The notes under the pieces are model-generated. The model was not told the DNA's origin. It searched no databases and saw only the letters and a list, made by a program, of their open reading frames with translations. A stretch of 64,000 bases of DNA from a virus, in the IMG/VR virus record IMGVR_UViG_3300020204_004581, one strand, 5' to 3'. Shown here piece by piece: positions 47,910-57,541 of the stretch (positions are counted from its first letter, which is position 1; every line of letters starts with the position of its first letter). The translations under genes were made by a program, and so were the position numbers.

Positions 47910-49638
47910 CCACTATAGGTTTGACTACTTTATCTCCTGTGTTTATGCTAAACCCACTCAACGGTCCGAATTTGGGACCTTCGCTTATGACTCCTCCAAG
48001 ATCATACCCTCCGTCCGGTATTAGTCTAAATTGAGATGCGTTGAATGGATAATGTGAAAAATTTAAAAAAGGATAATTAACTCCTCTGTCCGCCTCATCG
48101 ATAAAACCATACTCATAAATGTCTCTCCACATAAACTGTTCATATGCGTTTGAATAAAAAGCCCAAAAAGGTATTTGATCAACGTTGTAGAGTTCCCCTG
48201 TTTCAATATAATTTGAAAATACTCTAATCACCATACCAATATGTGGTTGGTAATAATATCCGCTTGGATTTGTATTTGTGATTGGTTCACTTTTGAATAC
48301 ATCTTGGTTGTATTTAATCTTATGATAATATGGTGATATTATTCTCTCTGACTGAGTTACATCATTCCATTCACACCAATCTCCACAGATTGTGTCTCCC
48401 GATTTCAGATCCTTATTATAATAAAATTCCTCAGTTGATCCATTAGTTTTTGTATAAGAAGAATATCCGATGTTGGAATTTGACTTGAGGTTGTTACTGT
48501 CCCAATATAAATTGTTTCTTTCTGTTATGTTGAATTCCCAACCTTCTTTTAGTCCTGTTTCTTGTGTTGGCTTATTGAAATATCCAGTAAAACCTTTATT
48601 GATAATTGTGAGAAATATCTCATTTAGGGGTCTTTTCTGATTGTCCAAAATATTATCAATATTCAGGTCGTAGTTTGCAGTGAATGTGTATACGGTGGAT
48701 GCGTTCTTTTGGGAAATTCTTGATATATTGTTTGGGGTTAACGAGGAAAATTCAAACTTCTTGTTTGCGGTAAATGGTACTTCCTCAAATCCAGTTTTTG
48801 TTACAACAATATCATTAACGTTTGTGATAATCTTGTGCATTTTTACATAATACGTGGACTTTGATTCACCTGAATTTGTTATATCAACAATCTTTTTGAA
48901 AGTTCCCTTTGCATTGTTTGCAAATGTCGTACCAGTATATCCAACATTTGTTAGATTGAATATGTAAGTTTCTGACCCAAATGTACCATCACCGAGTGTG
49001 TTAACTTGGAATAGATTATTTCCGTCATACTTTAAAGACAATTCTACATAATCTCCTATCTGTAAGTTGTGTTCACTAATACAAATAAATGAAATGTAAT
49101 TTGTACCATCAAACTTCATATTTTTAACAACAAAAGGAATACCATCCCCTGATAGCCATTCAATTTCGTTAATTCCATCCGTCCAAAACATCTGTTTTGT
49201 ATAATTGTTCTCTTGTGGTAAACTTAAGTAATAAGTCCAATTATAAGTGTAAGCACTTTTAGCAACATAACTGATATGTTGATCCTGTATGTTAGGTCTA
49301 AAAAATTCAAACTCATAATATTGAGGAAACCCTCTCCAAATACCATTCACTAAAGATTTCTGAGCATCAACATAGTATAGGTTGTATAGAAATGGAATGT
49401 ATTCAGTTGTGCCAGTGTAGGAGTTTTCGTAAATCGGGCTGACCTTAAAAGTAGGTCTGAAAGTTGTTGAGGCTTGTCTTTCGTCATTGAACAAAACGGC
49501 GAGGTTAACAGAGGCAATCCGATCATATTCTGTTAGTTCGTTTTCTTTCGATTTAATTGAAACTTTGAGACTTTGATCTACAGTTGGTGCAGATTTGAAT
49601 CTCAACCTACTTGGTACTATGGTTGTTGTTCCGTTCAT
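47896..49638 (-). CDS. virion structural protein (putative)
   Basis: Coupled 580-aa ORF in the baseplate cluster. Confidence 0.6.
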   Translation of the reverse strand: MNGTTTIVPSRLRFKSAPTVDQSLKVSIKSKENELTEYDRIASVNLAVLFNDERQASTTFRPTFKVSPIYENSYTGTTEYIPFLYNLYYVDAQKSLVNGIWRGFPQYYEFEFFRPNIQDQHISYVAKSAYTYNWTYYLSLPQENNYTKQMFWTDGINEIEWLSGDGIPFVVKNMKFDGTNYISFICISEHNLQIGDYVELSLKYDGNNLFQVNTLGDGTFGSETYIFNLTNVGYTGTTFANNAKGTFKKIVDITNSGESKSTYYVKMHKIITNVNDIVVTKTGFEEVPFTANKKFEFSSLTPNNISRISQKNASTVYTFTANYDLNIDNILDNQKRPLNEIFLTIINKGFTGYFNKPTQETGLKEGWEFNITERNNLYWDSNNLKSNSNIGYSSYTKTNGSTEEFYYNKDLKSGDTICGDWCEWNDVTQSERIISPYYHKIKYNQDVFKSEPITNTNPSGYYYQPHIGMVIRVFSNYIETGELYNVDQIPFWAFYSNAYEQFMWRDIYEYGFIDEADRGVNYPFLNFSHYPFNASQFRLIPDGGYDLGGVISEGPKFGPLSGFSINTGDKVVKPIVDECE

Positions 49639-52600
49639 TCTGTTGTAACGTATTTTTTAATAAATCTATTCATGGATGACTTTCCAACACCTAATCCGAA
49701 GTAGAAGTGATAAGGAAGACCAACAGTGAAATAAGTATTTAAATTTACAGGATCATAGCTCGGTGAATCGGATGTATTCTTATCACCCTCAAATTGATAT
49801 GCTTCATTCAATGTGTTAGGCTGAAACAGGATATTACTTCTATTATAGATGTATCCTCTCATAAAGTCCGCCTTAGGGTTTTCACCCATAAAATAATTTG
49901 AGTTAATATCTGTACGATTAAATCTTTGGTAATAACTTTTTTGAATGGTATTTGTTTTCCATTCATTTTTCTCTGTTCCAAATATTGCATTACTATCTTT
50001 GGTGGTCCAACTGTAGTATGGTATCAGTTGGGAATTACTACCCAAATAATCGTAAACAGCATTGTTATAATTAACGTTATCATTTCTTATCAACCTTCTC
50101 GGAGATATTAAATCTCTAGTCTGTGTTTCTGAAGAAAAAAATATACCCATCACAGGTTCCTTAGATCTATCTTGACCAATATAGAATGGATTATTTACAT
50201 TAGAACCCGACTGAGCGGTGTAAGCCTCAAAATTGAATTCTTGCACCCCTATCTCTGAATTAATTGAAATCATTTGTGCATAGTCACCGTCAATTTTAGA
50301 TTTTGTTCTTGAGAAAAACGAATTCACGGATCCATCTCCTAGTCCAATAATATTTGCAAGCCAACTTGAATTGACTTGTCTCGATAATATGAATAATGTC
50401 AATATATCTTGAGGATTGTTGAATGAAGTTGTCGGTACCTTGTTCATGTTATACCCAAAGAAATCAGCGTTCAATGTAACTTCTTGAGTGAAGGCGTCTC
50501 TCGGTCCCATATCCATAATTGTGGTTGGAAAAAGTATTTCTTTGTCGTTTCTTCCACGTGATCCAGTCCTTTGTTTACCTACGAATGTTGTTCCATTGAA
50601 CGGTGATGATCTGTAGTAGAAATTGTTTGTTTGATTATGTAATAGAACCACGTCATTACAATATTCATTATATGGTCCATTAGGATCTACAGGATCTTTA
50701 GGTGATTTGAAAAATCTCAAATTCCTAAATGGGAAATGGTATAACACTCCATTAACCCAGTTATTTAAAAAAGTATGTCCAAAAACACCTCTACATGCCG
50801 CAAAATTAACTCTAGTTCTAGCTTTGAACTCGGCAAGTTGTTTGAAGTCGTTTGGAAGTGAAAGTATAACTTTACTAACGAAGACATAACACCCACCTTT
50901 TATAACTGTTTTTTTATAGCATTTATCTGTTTTGGGGTAAATCCCAAAAGTTTCAGAATCCCCTGAATAACATTTGAGTGGTACTAACCCTTGACATGAA
51001 AAAGTTGATGCAAATTGGTCTTCATACTGACTTAGTTCTTCGGCCGCATCATTAATTAAGAATGAAGACCCTTCCGCATCATATGATTCTACTAAACCTT
51101 CGTCTGTTATAAAATAAAATGCAAAGTTTGTGTTTTGGTGTAAAAGGTAGGTATTGTTAAGATAACCAGATCTCGATGTCGATGTTGGTAGTCGATCAGT
51201 TCTCATCACAATTTTTTGTGTTCTTGCCTGAACATCCAATGTTGTTGCCGTTGAATATGCAGGTGAGAAATAAACAAATCTATCGTATCTAATTGAAGCT
51301 AAACCCTCTTCCAAACTACCTCCAACAGATGAAAAGAAATACGATCCACCCTCAACATACTCATCATTCCAGTAACCATTCATCTTTTTACCTTGCGACC
51401 ACGGTTGGTTACTATAATAAGACCCGAAGATTCGATACCAAGGATCCCATGCGAATGCATCAGAAAGATAATTTGGCTGTCTGATTACAATTGGATAGCT
51501 CGACATTCCAAAAATGTTGACCGAAGTGTTCGATTTCACATATCCACCACCACTACCTGTGTTTATGTTAATGTGGGTTGGTGTCAAAATTGAATATGTA
51601 TTTTGGGGTGATACTTGAAAACCGTTGTAACCAACTTTGGTTGAATCCAAAGAAGAATAGTTTGTGTGCATATTTGTCGTATAACCCGAGTAATTATTAC
51701 CAGTATCAAATATGTAAGAATCAAAAAATATAGGATTGTCTTCATTGGATTGATATTGATCATGTCTTGGTAAGACCAATCCAGGTTGAATAGGTATATT
51801 CAACTTGTATTTTGATGTTACTAAAACAGATCCGTAGTTCTGACCGCATATTCTTGATATATCAACAGTTGTCGTCTGTCTTGTACTATTTGGATCAACT
51901 CCTCTCTGTAGTATTACAACTACTATTTCTTTATTATCAGGGATTGCAAAGAAAGGTCTTGTCGCTGTGTTAGGTAACCAAGTTTTAGCACCTGAACCTA
52001 AGCCCAAGAAACCGGTTCTGCGGTGATGCTCTTCCCATAGATACATGGTACCACCAATATACCTCTCATTCAAACTTTTTTGACCTGAGAATGTGGGAGG
52101 ATTCAATGAGGCGAAATTTTGATAAGTCATTGCTGTGATCACTTGGAAATACTCACAATCCGACTTAGCCTTGGTATACATCAAATATTTAGGATTGGAA
52201 CAGGTCGCTGTGGTAATATTAACACCTTCGTATGGGAATAGATCATTAACACAAATAGAACCTGTAGTTGGGGTATCACCAGAATGGTATACCCCATCAC
52301 AATCAGTGTAAAACCATTTTTCACCGTCTTCAACTGTGATGATAGATCCTACCCAACAGTTCTGTATAGTATCCGCACTTTGATTCACGATGTATTGTTG
52401 ACTCAGTGACTGATCTGGAAAATCAGGGTTTGCATAATTTACAGTCACCGCTCTCAAATTTTTGGCATAACCTGTAGAGGAACTAAATCCAGAGAAATTA
52501 GTTTCTGCTTGACTAGTGTTCGGATCCAAAGAATTAAAAGGGTTTTGGAATGTCATCATTCTTCCTGTGATAAACTGTTCGGCAGATGCCGCATCACAAA

Positions 52601-54926
52601 GAATTGTTATTGTATTATCATAATGAAATAAACCTGAGTTTGCGGTTATGTCAGAGGCAACGTATGTTCTAACTTGATTCCATCCCCCTGTCGAATTGAA
52701 ATAGTTAGCCTTCATATTGAAGAGATTCAATCTCTCTGACAAAGTAAGGTCCATAGAACATACTGGTCTGTTTGTTTGGTCTCCTACAGGCATCCATATT
52801 GTCGCGGGTGTTCTTTGTCCAACTATTCCCTGATTATTACCTGCAACGATTCTTTGAATATTTTGTTGCTGATAAGCCATGGCATTTTCTACTGTTTCGA
52901 TTCTACATGCAATTCCTTGATCTTCTAAATTCAAATAGTTGGCTGAATAATATTTGAACCAAGGATCATCTTGACAATATTGTTCGTCAAATATATTTCC
53001 ATAACTGACGGGATTTGGCGAATCAATCAGGAGCGTAAGTGACGTTGTCTTTAATGACTCTTGTATAAAGGCTGCAGCGCTTGCATTTTCCTCGGGTGAT
53101 TCTTCTTTACAACTACATAACTCACAGTCAGGATAAATTATTGTAGGTAAAGAAATATTCTTGAATGGATTTCCAAGCGAATTGAATATATCTTTAAATG
53201 ATGGCGGTTTTGGACAATTTATATTCACGAATGGGATAGCATCAATAATTTTACAGAGGACGAAAATGAATGTAGCAATTACTCCATATACAAATGTTAT
53301 AAGAATTTTAAGTATAGGCCACAGGAATGCAACAATATGAACATTGACCAACAATGGGAATAAAAGAAGTAGGATAAATGAAAAAAAGAAGTTAAAAATA
53401 ATGAATATAAGATCGAAATTCTTAACACCGTCGTTAGTTGGAAACCTATTGTTAGTTGAATCACACGCAGAATCTAAAATTTCTTTGATACCAATAAACC
53501 TTCCTCTGTTTGCACCATTGTGGTAACCATCTATAAATTGAGATATAGTATAAACTTTATTGTATCCAAATTGATAAAAAGTATCTTCGCAATTTATTGC
53601 TGATTGAGGACTTGAATAATCATTCCAATCTAATGAAAACGCATATGATTTTTGAAATTGGTTCCATTGTGTGTTGGCACTATAGTTTGGTGTGTATATT
53701 GGACTTTTAGGATCCGAGAAATCTGCGGGATCTATATTTGGAGATGTCCAACCATATTCTCTAACATTCGGGACTAGATAATATGCCCTCTTTACTTGTT
53801 TTCCTAAATCAGGGTCTTGTTCCCATTTTACTTTAAATCTATATTTTCCTTTGGTTGGTATACCTACATTTGGGTCTAAAGAGATTGTTTTTTCTCCAAA
53901 TTCATTGGTCACAATATAGTCCAAATTCATTGGTAAATCGACTAAAAAAGTTCCATCTCCGTCTATCACTTTCGCACCTCCGTCAAACTCGTAAACTTCT
54001 AAACCTGGCCTACCATTGGAATCTTGTCCGACCGTCTGTCTGATACATAAGATCTCTCCTGGCCCTGATATTAAGTCACATAAATTACCCGCTTCAGTTG
54101 AAGGTCTACAGTTTTTTCTCAGTACTCTTCTGTCACTTGCAGAAATAACAGACCCCATGAATACGGCAGTTGGTTGGATATCGATGTTGGCCTGTTCTCT
54201 CAAATCAAAATCAACTCTGTTGATTGCAATTTGGCAAACCTCGGGTTGTCCCCAAAGTGGAGAAACATCTATATTGGCTTGTAATGAAATAATCTGTGGT
54301 AATGATGCGAGGTTTGGCGATGACGCAAATTTATTTCCATTAAGTTGAGTTTCATTTGCAACTCCCATTCTTATGAGATCTTGTGGTGTCAAACTAAACT
54401 CACCTATATCGGAAAGATCACAATCCATGAACACAGTTTGATTACCCAACGGAACGCCCATAATCATGTAATCCCCACTCTCGTTGGTTCTCACTGTGTA
54501 TTTGTAATACTTGTCATAGACTTGTATTACTGTCGGATTTGTTAAAACATCATTTCTTGACGGGAAAGTACCAGTTGGAACGTGTGTCGAATAAGATTTT
54601 TCGTATGGTAAAAGATTGAATCTAAATCCATCTTCGTTTTTATCCCCTGTCGATTTATAAGGATATAGAGAAGTTATAATATCGTTGTTTCTATCTTCTT
54701 CTTGTATTGGTACAAAAACAGCAACTTTTACGTTTGGTATGCCGTATCCACCGTTTGCAACTACACGACCAACAACAACACCATAGTCCGCACAGTTTCT
54801 TGTGTAGATGTCCTCACTTTGTATCTTCATAGAGAGGATTTCTAAGAAATCGTACTCTTGATCTATGTTTACATTTAGGGTTTGGTCTTGTCCAATTTGA
54901 GTTTTAATTCTATACGAATTGGTCAT
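49635..54926 (-). CDS. large baseplate-region protein with an N-terminal carboxypeptidase-regulatory-like beta sandwich and an internal hydrophobic segment
   Basis: VVGRV...GIPNVKV...TNESGDYMI; hydrophobic stretch FDLIFII...AIPFV of about 60 aa. Confidence 0.65.
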   Translation of the reverse strand: MTNSYRIKTQIGQDQTLNVNIDQEYDFLEILSMKIQSEDIYTRNCADYGVVVGRVVANGGYGIPNVKVAVFVPIQEEDRNNDIITSLYPYKSTGDKNEDGFRFNLLPYEKSYSTHVPTGTFPSRNDVLTNPTVIQVYDKYYKYTVRTNESGDYMIMGVPLGNQTVFMDCDLSDIGEFSLTPQDLIRMGVANETQLNGNKFASSPNLASLPQIISLQANIDVSPLWGQPEVCQIAINRVDFDLREQANIDIQPTAVFMGSVISASDRRVLRKNCRPSTEAGNLCDLISGPGEILCIRQTVGQDSNGRPGLEVYEFDGGAKVIDGDGTFLVDLPMNLDYIVTNEFGEKTISLDPNVGIPTKGKYRFKVKWEQDPDLGKQVKRAYYLVPNVREYGWTSPNIDPADFSDPKSPIYTPNYSANTQWNQFQKSYAFSLDWNDYSSPQSAINCEDTFYQFGYNKVYTISQFIDGYHNGANRGRFIGIKEILDSACDSTNNRFPTNDGVKNFDLIFIIFNFFFSFILLLLFPLLVNVHIVAFLWPILKILITFVYGVIATFIFVLCKIIDAIPFVNINCPKPPSFKDIFNSLGNPFKNISLPTIIYPDCELCSCKEESPEENASAAAFIQESLKTTSLTLLIDSPNPVSYGNIFDEQYCQDDPWFKYYSANYLNLEDQGIACRIETVENAMAYQQQNIQRIVAGNNQGIVGQRTPATIWMPVGDQTNRPVCSMDLTLSERLNLFNMKANYFNSTGGWNQVRTYVASDITANSGLFHYDNTITILCDAASAEQFITGRMMTFQNPFNSLDPNTSQAETNFSGFSSSTGYAKNLRAVTVNYANPDFPDQSLSQQYIVNQSADTIQNCWVGSIITVEDGEKWFYTDCDGVYHSGDTPTTGSICVNDLFPYEGVNITTATCSNPKYLMYTKAKSDCEYFQVITAMTYQNFASLNPPTFSGQKSLNERYIGGTMYLWEEHHRRTGFLGLGSGAKTWLPNTATRPFFAIPDNKEIVVVILQRGVDPNSTRQTTTVDISRICGQNYGSVLVTSKYKLNIPIQPGLVLPRHDQYQSNEDNPIFFDSYIFDTGNNYSGYTTNMHTNYSSLDSTKVGYNGFQVSPQNTYSILTPTHININTGSGGGYVKSNTSVNIFGMSSYPIVIRQPNYLSDAFAWDPWYRIFGSYYSNQPWSQGKKMNGYWNDEYVEGGSYFFSSVGGSLEEGLASIRYDRFVYFSPAYSTATTLDVQARTQKIVMRTDRLPTSTSRSGYLNNTYLLHQNTNFAFYFITDEGLVESYDAEGSSFLINDAAEELSQYEDQFASTFSCQGLVPLKCYSGDSETFGIYPKTDKCYKKTVIKGGCYVFVSKVILSLPNDFKQLAEFKARTRVNFAACRGVFGHTFLNNWVNGVLYHFPFRNLRFFKSPKDPVDPNGPYNEYCNDVVLLHNQTNNFYYRSSPFNGTTFVGKQRTGSRGRNDKEILFPTTIMDMGPRDAFTQEVTLNADFFGYNMNKVPTTSFNNPQDILTLFILSRQVNSSWLANIIGLGDGSVNSFFSRTKSKIDGDYAQMISINSEIGVQEFNFEAYTAQSGSNVNNPFYIGQDRSKEPVMGIFFSSETQTRDLISPRRLIRNDNVNYNNAVYDYLGSNSQLIPYYSWTTKDSNAIFGTEKNEWKTNTIQKSYYQRFNRTDINSNYFMGENPKADFMRGYIYNRSNILFQPNTLNEAYQFEGDKNTSDSPSYDPVNLNTYFTVGLPYHFYFGLGVGKSSMNRFIKKYVTTE

Positions 54927-55016
54927 TAATTGACTTTTTTCATAAATAGTTTAACACCCATTTTCTAAGGAAAGGGCGTACAATCTAATAATAGTTGACT
55001 CGGGGTGATAATAAAC

Positions 55017-56855
55017 TTAAGAGAACTGAACGTTTTGGAAGTTCTTGACTTTGACCCTGATATCTTTGTTTGGATATCTTATCTGATAAACTTGGTTCGG
55101 TTGAGCAAAGATGGTGTCATCAACAGGTCTAATTTGTTTTGTTACATCATTTGAATATGCCATCGATGTTTGGAACCCTGAATATTGTCCACCTACTTCG
55201 TTAAACACGTCTATTGCGGTCACGGTAATTACTCCGTTCTCGTCTTGTATAAGACTATTGAGCTGAGATATGTAAATGTTCTGACCCAAATTTCTAATTT
55301 GAGGATCCAAGAAAGTTGACACTTTGTTGATGATATTTGTGATGACTTGTCCTTGGTTTTGTGTTGAATCAAGTACTACAGATATATCCAAACTCAAATC
55401 AATAACCTCAGCAGTCTCGATTGCTATGTAGTCATTCATCATACGATAATTTGACAAGTAATTAGCCAAATTTTGTTTCAGAGTGTTCGAGACAATGGAT
55501 GTCAACTTACCTGTGGTGTCATAAGAAAGTATTTGAACATTAATCTTATTGTTATTCTCAGTGATCGCAACTTTAGCAGGGGCTCCGAACTGAGAGGGCA
55601 TTTTTCTTATTAAAGCTTCGTAATCGTTAACGCTGACTGCTCTATTTTGTGAAGAAAAGTTGAAAGCAACATAATTTCTTGTTTCTTCGACTGTGGGTTG
55701 TCCAGCACCACCAATCGCGGCAGTTACGTTATTACATCTTAGTGAACTTGTAACTTGTTGATTTATGTTATCGGAAGGACCATTAACAAAAAAACTTATT
55801 GTTCCGATTTGATTAATAACATTTGTTCCCAAGTTTGTTGATAAACCACCACCTGTCCTGTATTGAACAAATAGAGTAGTGTTAGCTCTCAAAGCGGAAC
55901 CCAATGACATATTGTTTTGGTAAAGTTGTAAATTCAATGGTACTCCCAAAGTTGTAAATTGATTCAATGCATCTTGTGAAGTATTAGTTCCACCACCGAA
56001 TGTCATTTTCAAGAAACCCTCGGGTGTATATTCAGTTATAAATCGATTTTGGGTTTGAATATATTTTCCAACTTTGATACCTGGTTGATCCGAAACTTTT
56101 GTTGGATCTTCTATGAATATTCTGTCCTCAGCTAATGCGTCCACCTCAAAGCTTTTATTTTCAAAACCTAAAAATTCGTTGACCGTTGGAACTGTTGTGT
56201 AACTTGTACCATCTTTTAGAAGAACACTTGTCACTCCAAGCACGTTTTTTTCGGGTAAAAATATTTCCAAGAATGGTCTTACATCTGCAGGACCAATAAC
56301 TCTTTTGAATACTTTGGTAATTCCATTGACGACAACTTCTCTCTTTGTAATTGTGTAGTTTATAATTCTATTACTCGAGTCGAAGTTTGGAATTTTCAAT
56401 CTGTTCGGAAATCCTTGAGAGTTGTATGGTGAAGCAAAGTCAATGTCTTCAACATTTTCAAATACTTGTCCAGCACCTACAACTTGAGATCCTCTTCTTA
56501 ATTGGCCTAAGTATCTTTCATCCTCCTTGTCACCAAATGCCGGTACTGTGATTGAAAAATCAACAAGAGCAACAGAGGGTCTTTGTCCCGGTATTTTTAG
56601 TCCATAAGTTCTGGCAATATTATAAATTGAAGACCTCTGTTGTGCGTATTGTAATACGGTCTCTTGTATACTTCTATCTATGTGATAGTGTAAGTTGTCG
56701 GCTACCGCGGCGTTCAAATCCAAGAATACAGAAAACACAGAGGCATCATTAAAGTTCTGTATAAGTTCAGGATAATACGTTCTTACATATTGTATTAGTT
56801 CTTCTCTTATACCTTCAAAGTCCCTTGTTGTATATGGTATTCTACGATTAGCCAT
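55017..56855 (-). CDS. baseplate wedge subunit (T4 gp6 / baseplate J-like)
   Basis: YTTRDFEGIREEL, YAQQRSSIYNIA, FGGG, YRTGGG, GGAG, QNRAVSVNDY. Confidence 0.9.
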   Translation of the reverse strand: MANRRIPYTTRDFEGIREELIQYVRTYYPELIQNFNDASVFSVFLDLNAAVADNLHYHIDRSIQETVLQYAQQRSSIYNIARTYGLKIPGQRPSVALVDFSITVPAFGDKEDERYLGQLRRGSQVVGAGQVFENVEDIDFASPYNSQGFPNRLKIPNFDSSNRIINYTITKREVVVNGITKVFKRVIGPADVRPFLEIFLPEKNVLGVTSVLLKDGTSYTTVPTVNEFLGFENKSFEVDALAEDRIFIEDPTKVSDQPGIKVGKYIQTQNRFITEYTPEGFLKMTFGGGTNTSQDALNQFTTLGVPLNLQLYQNNMSLGSALRANTTLFVQYRTGGGLSTNLGTNVINQIGTISFFVNGPSDNINQQVTSSLRCNNVTAAIGGAGQPTVEETRNYVAFNFSSQNRAVSVNDYEALIRKMPSQFGAPAKVAITENNNKINVQILSYDTTGKLTSIVSNTLKQNLANYLSNYRMMNDYIAIETAEVIDLSLDISVVLDSTQNQGQVITNIINKVSTFLDPQIRNLGQNIYISQLNSLIQDENGVITVTAIDVFNEVGGQYSGFQTSMAYSNDVTKQIRPVDDTIFAQPNQVYQIRYPNKDIRVKVKNFQNVQFS

Positions 56856-56860
56856 TTATT

Positions 56861-57322
56861 TTAAATATTGATTATTACGAAATCACTGGTCGCGAATGTC
56901 GAGTCTTGCACTGAGAAATCTATTTTCACTTTAGCAGTGTATTCAGCTGTACCCTTTCCTGGATATCTATAAATTTGGGATGTTTGTGTGTCGGTACCTA
57001 CTTGAAATTCTGATTCTTCTTTGGGGTCCAACGGTTCAATAGTTATTTTATTTAGAATTAAATTTGGAATATATTTTTCAACGTTTGCTCTTATGTCTGA
57101 TTCAATTGCGTCGAAGGTCAAACCGTCCATAGGTTCGAAGATATATTCATACAATCTTGTCCCAAAGTCTGGTAAATAATATCTCGCACCTTTCCTTGTG
57201 AGTAAAAGATTAATAAGGTCAGCTCGGATTTCTTGGTTAACCGTATTTGTCAGAGCCAAGTAATCACCTCGCAAAGAATCACGAAAAGGAAAATTTATAC
57301 CATATGTAGTACCGTCTCCCAT
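56861..57322 (-). CDS. baseplate protein, gp25/GPW family
   Basis: GINFPF, LINLLLTRKGARYYLPDFGT.L..YIFEP. Confidence 0.92.
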   Translation of the reverse strand: MGDGTTYGINFPFRDSLRGDYLALTNTVNQEIRADLINLLLTRKGARYYLPDFGTRLYEYIFEPMDGLTFDAIESDIRANVEKYIPNLILNKITIEPLDPKEESEFQVGTDTQTSQIYRYPGKGTAEYTAKVKIDFSVQDSTFATSDFVIINI

Positions 57323-57343
57323 ATAGTCATAAATATACTTGGA

Positions 57344-57541
57344 TTATTTTTCAATTAAAGTAATAGACCCTCTTTCGTATTTAGGTTCATATGGACAATG
57401 TCTACATACTGATCCACAACAAACCCCCCTTTTTATGTGCCAATATTCAGTATAAACCTTTCTTGTACCTTCCATATAAAAATCAGAGGGGAGAAGTTTG
57501 TTCTTCTCCCCGTCATGATTTTTCTTTATTTCGTCTGTCAT
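57344..57541 (-). CDS. DUF5522-like small Cys-rich protein
   Basis: RGVCCGSVCRHCPY motif. Confidence 0.8.
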   Translation of the reverse strand: MTDEIKKNHDGEKNKLLPSDFYMEGTRKVYTEYWHIKRGVCCGSVCRHCPYEPKYERGSITLIEK

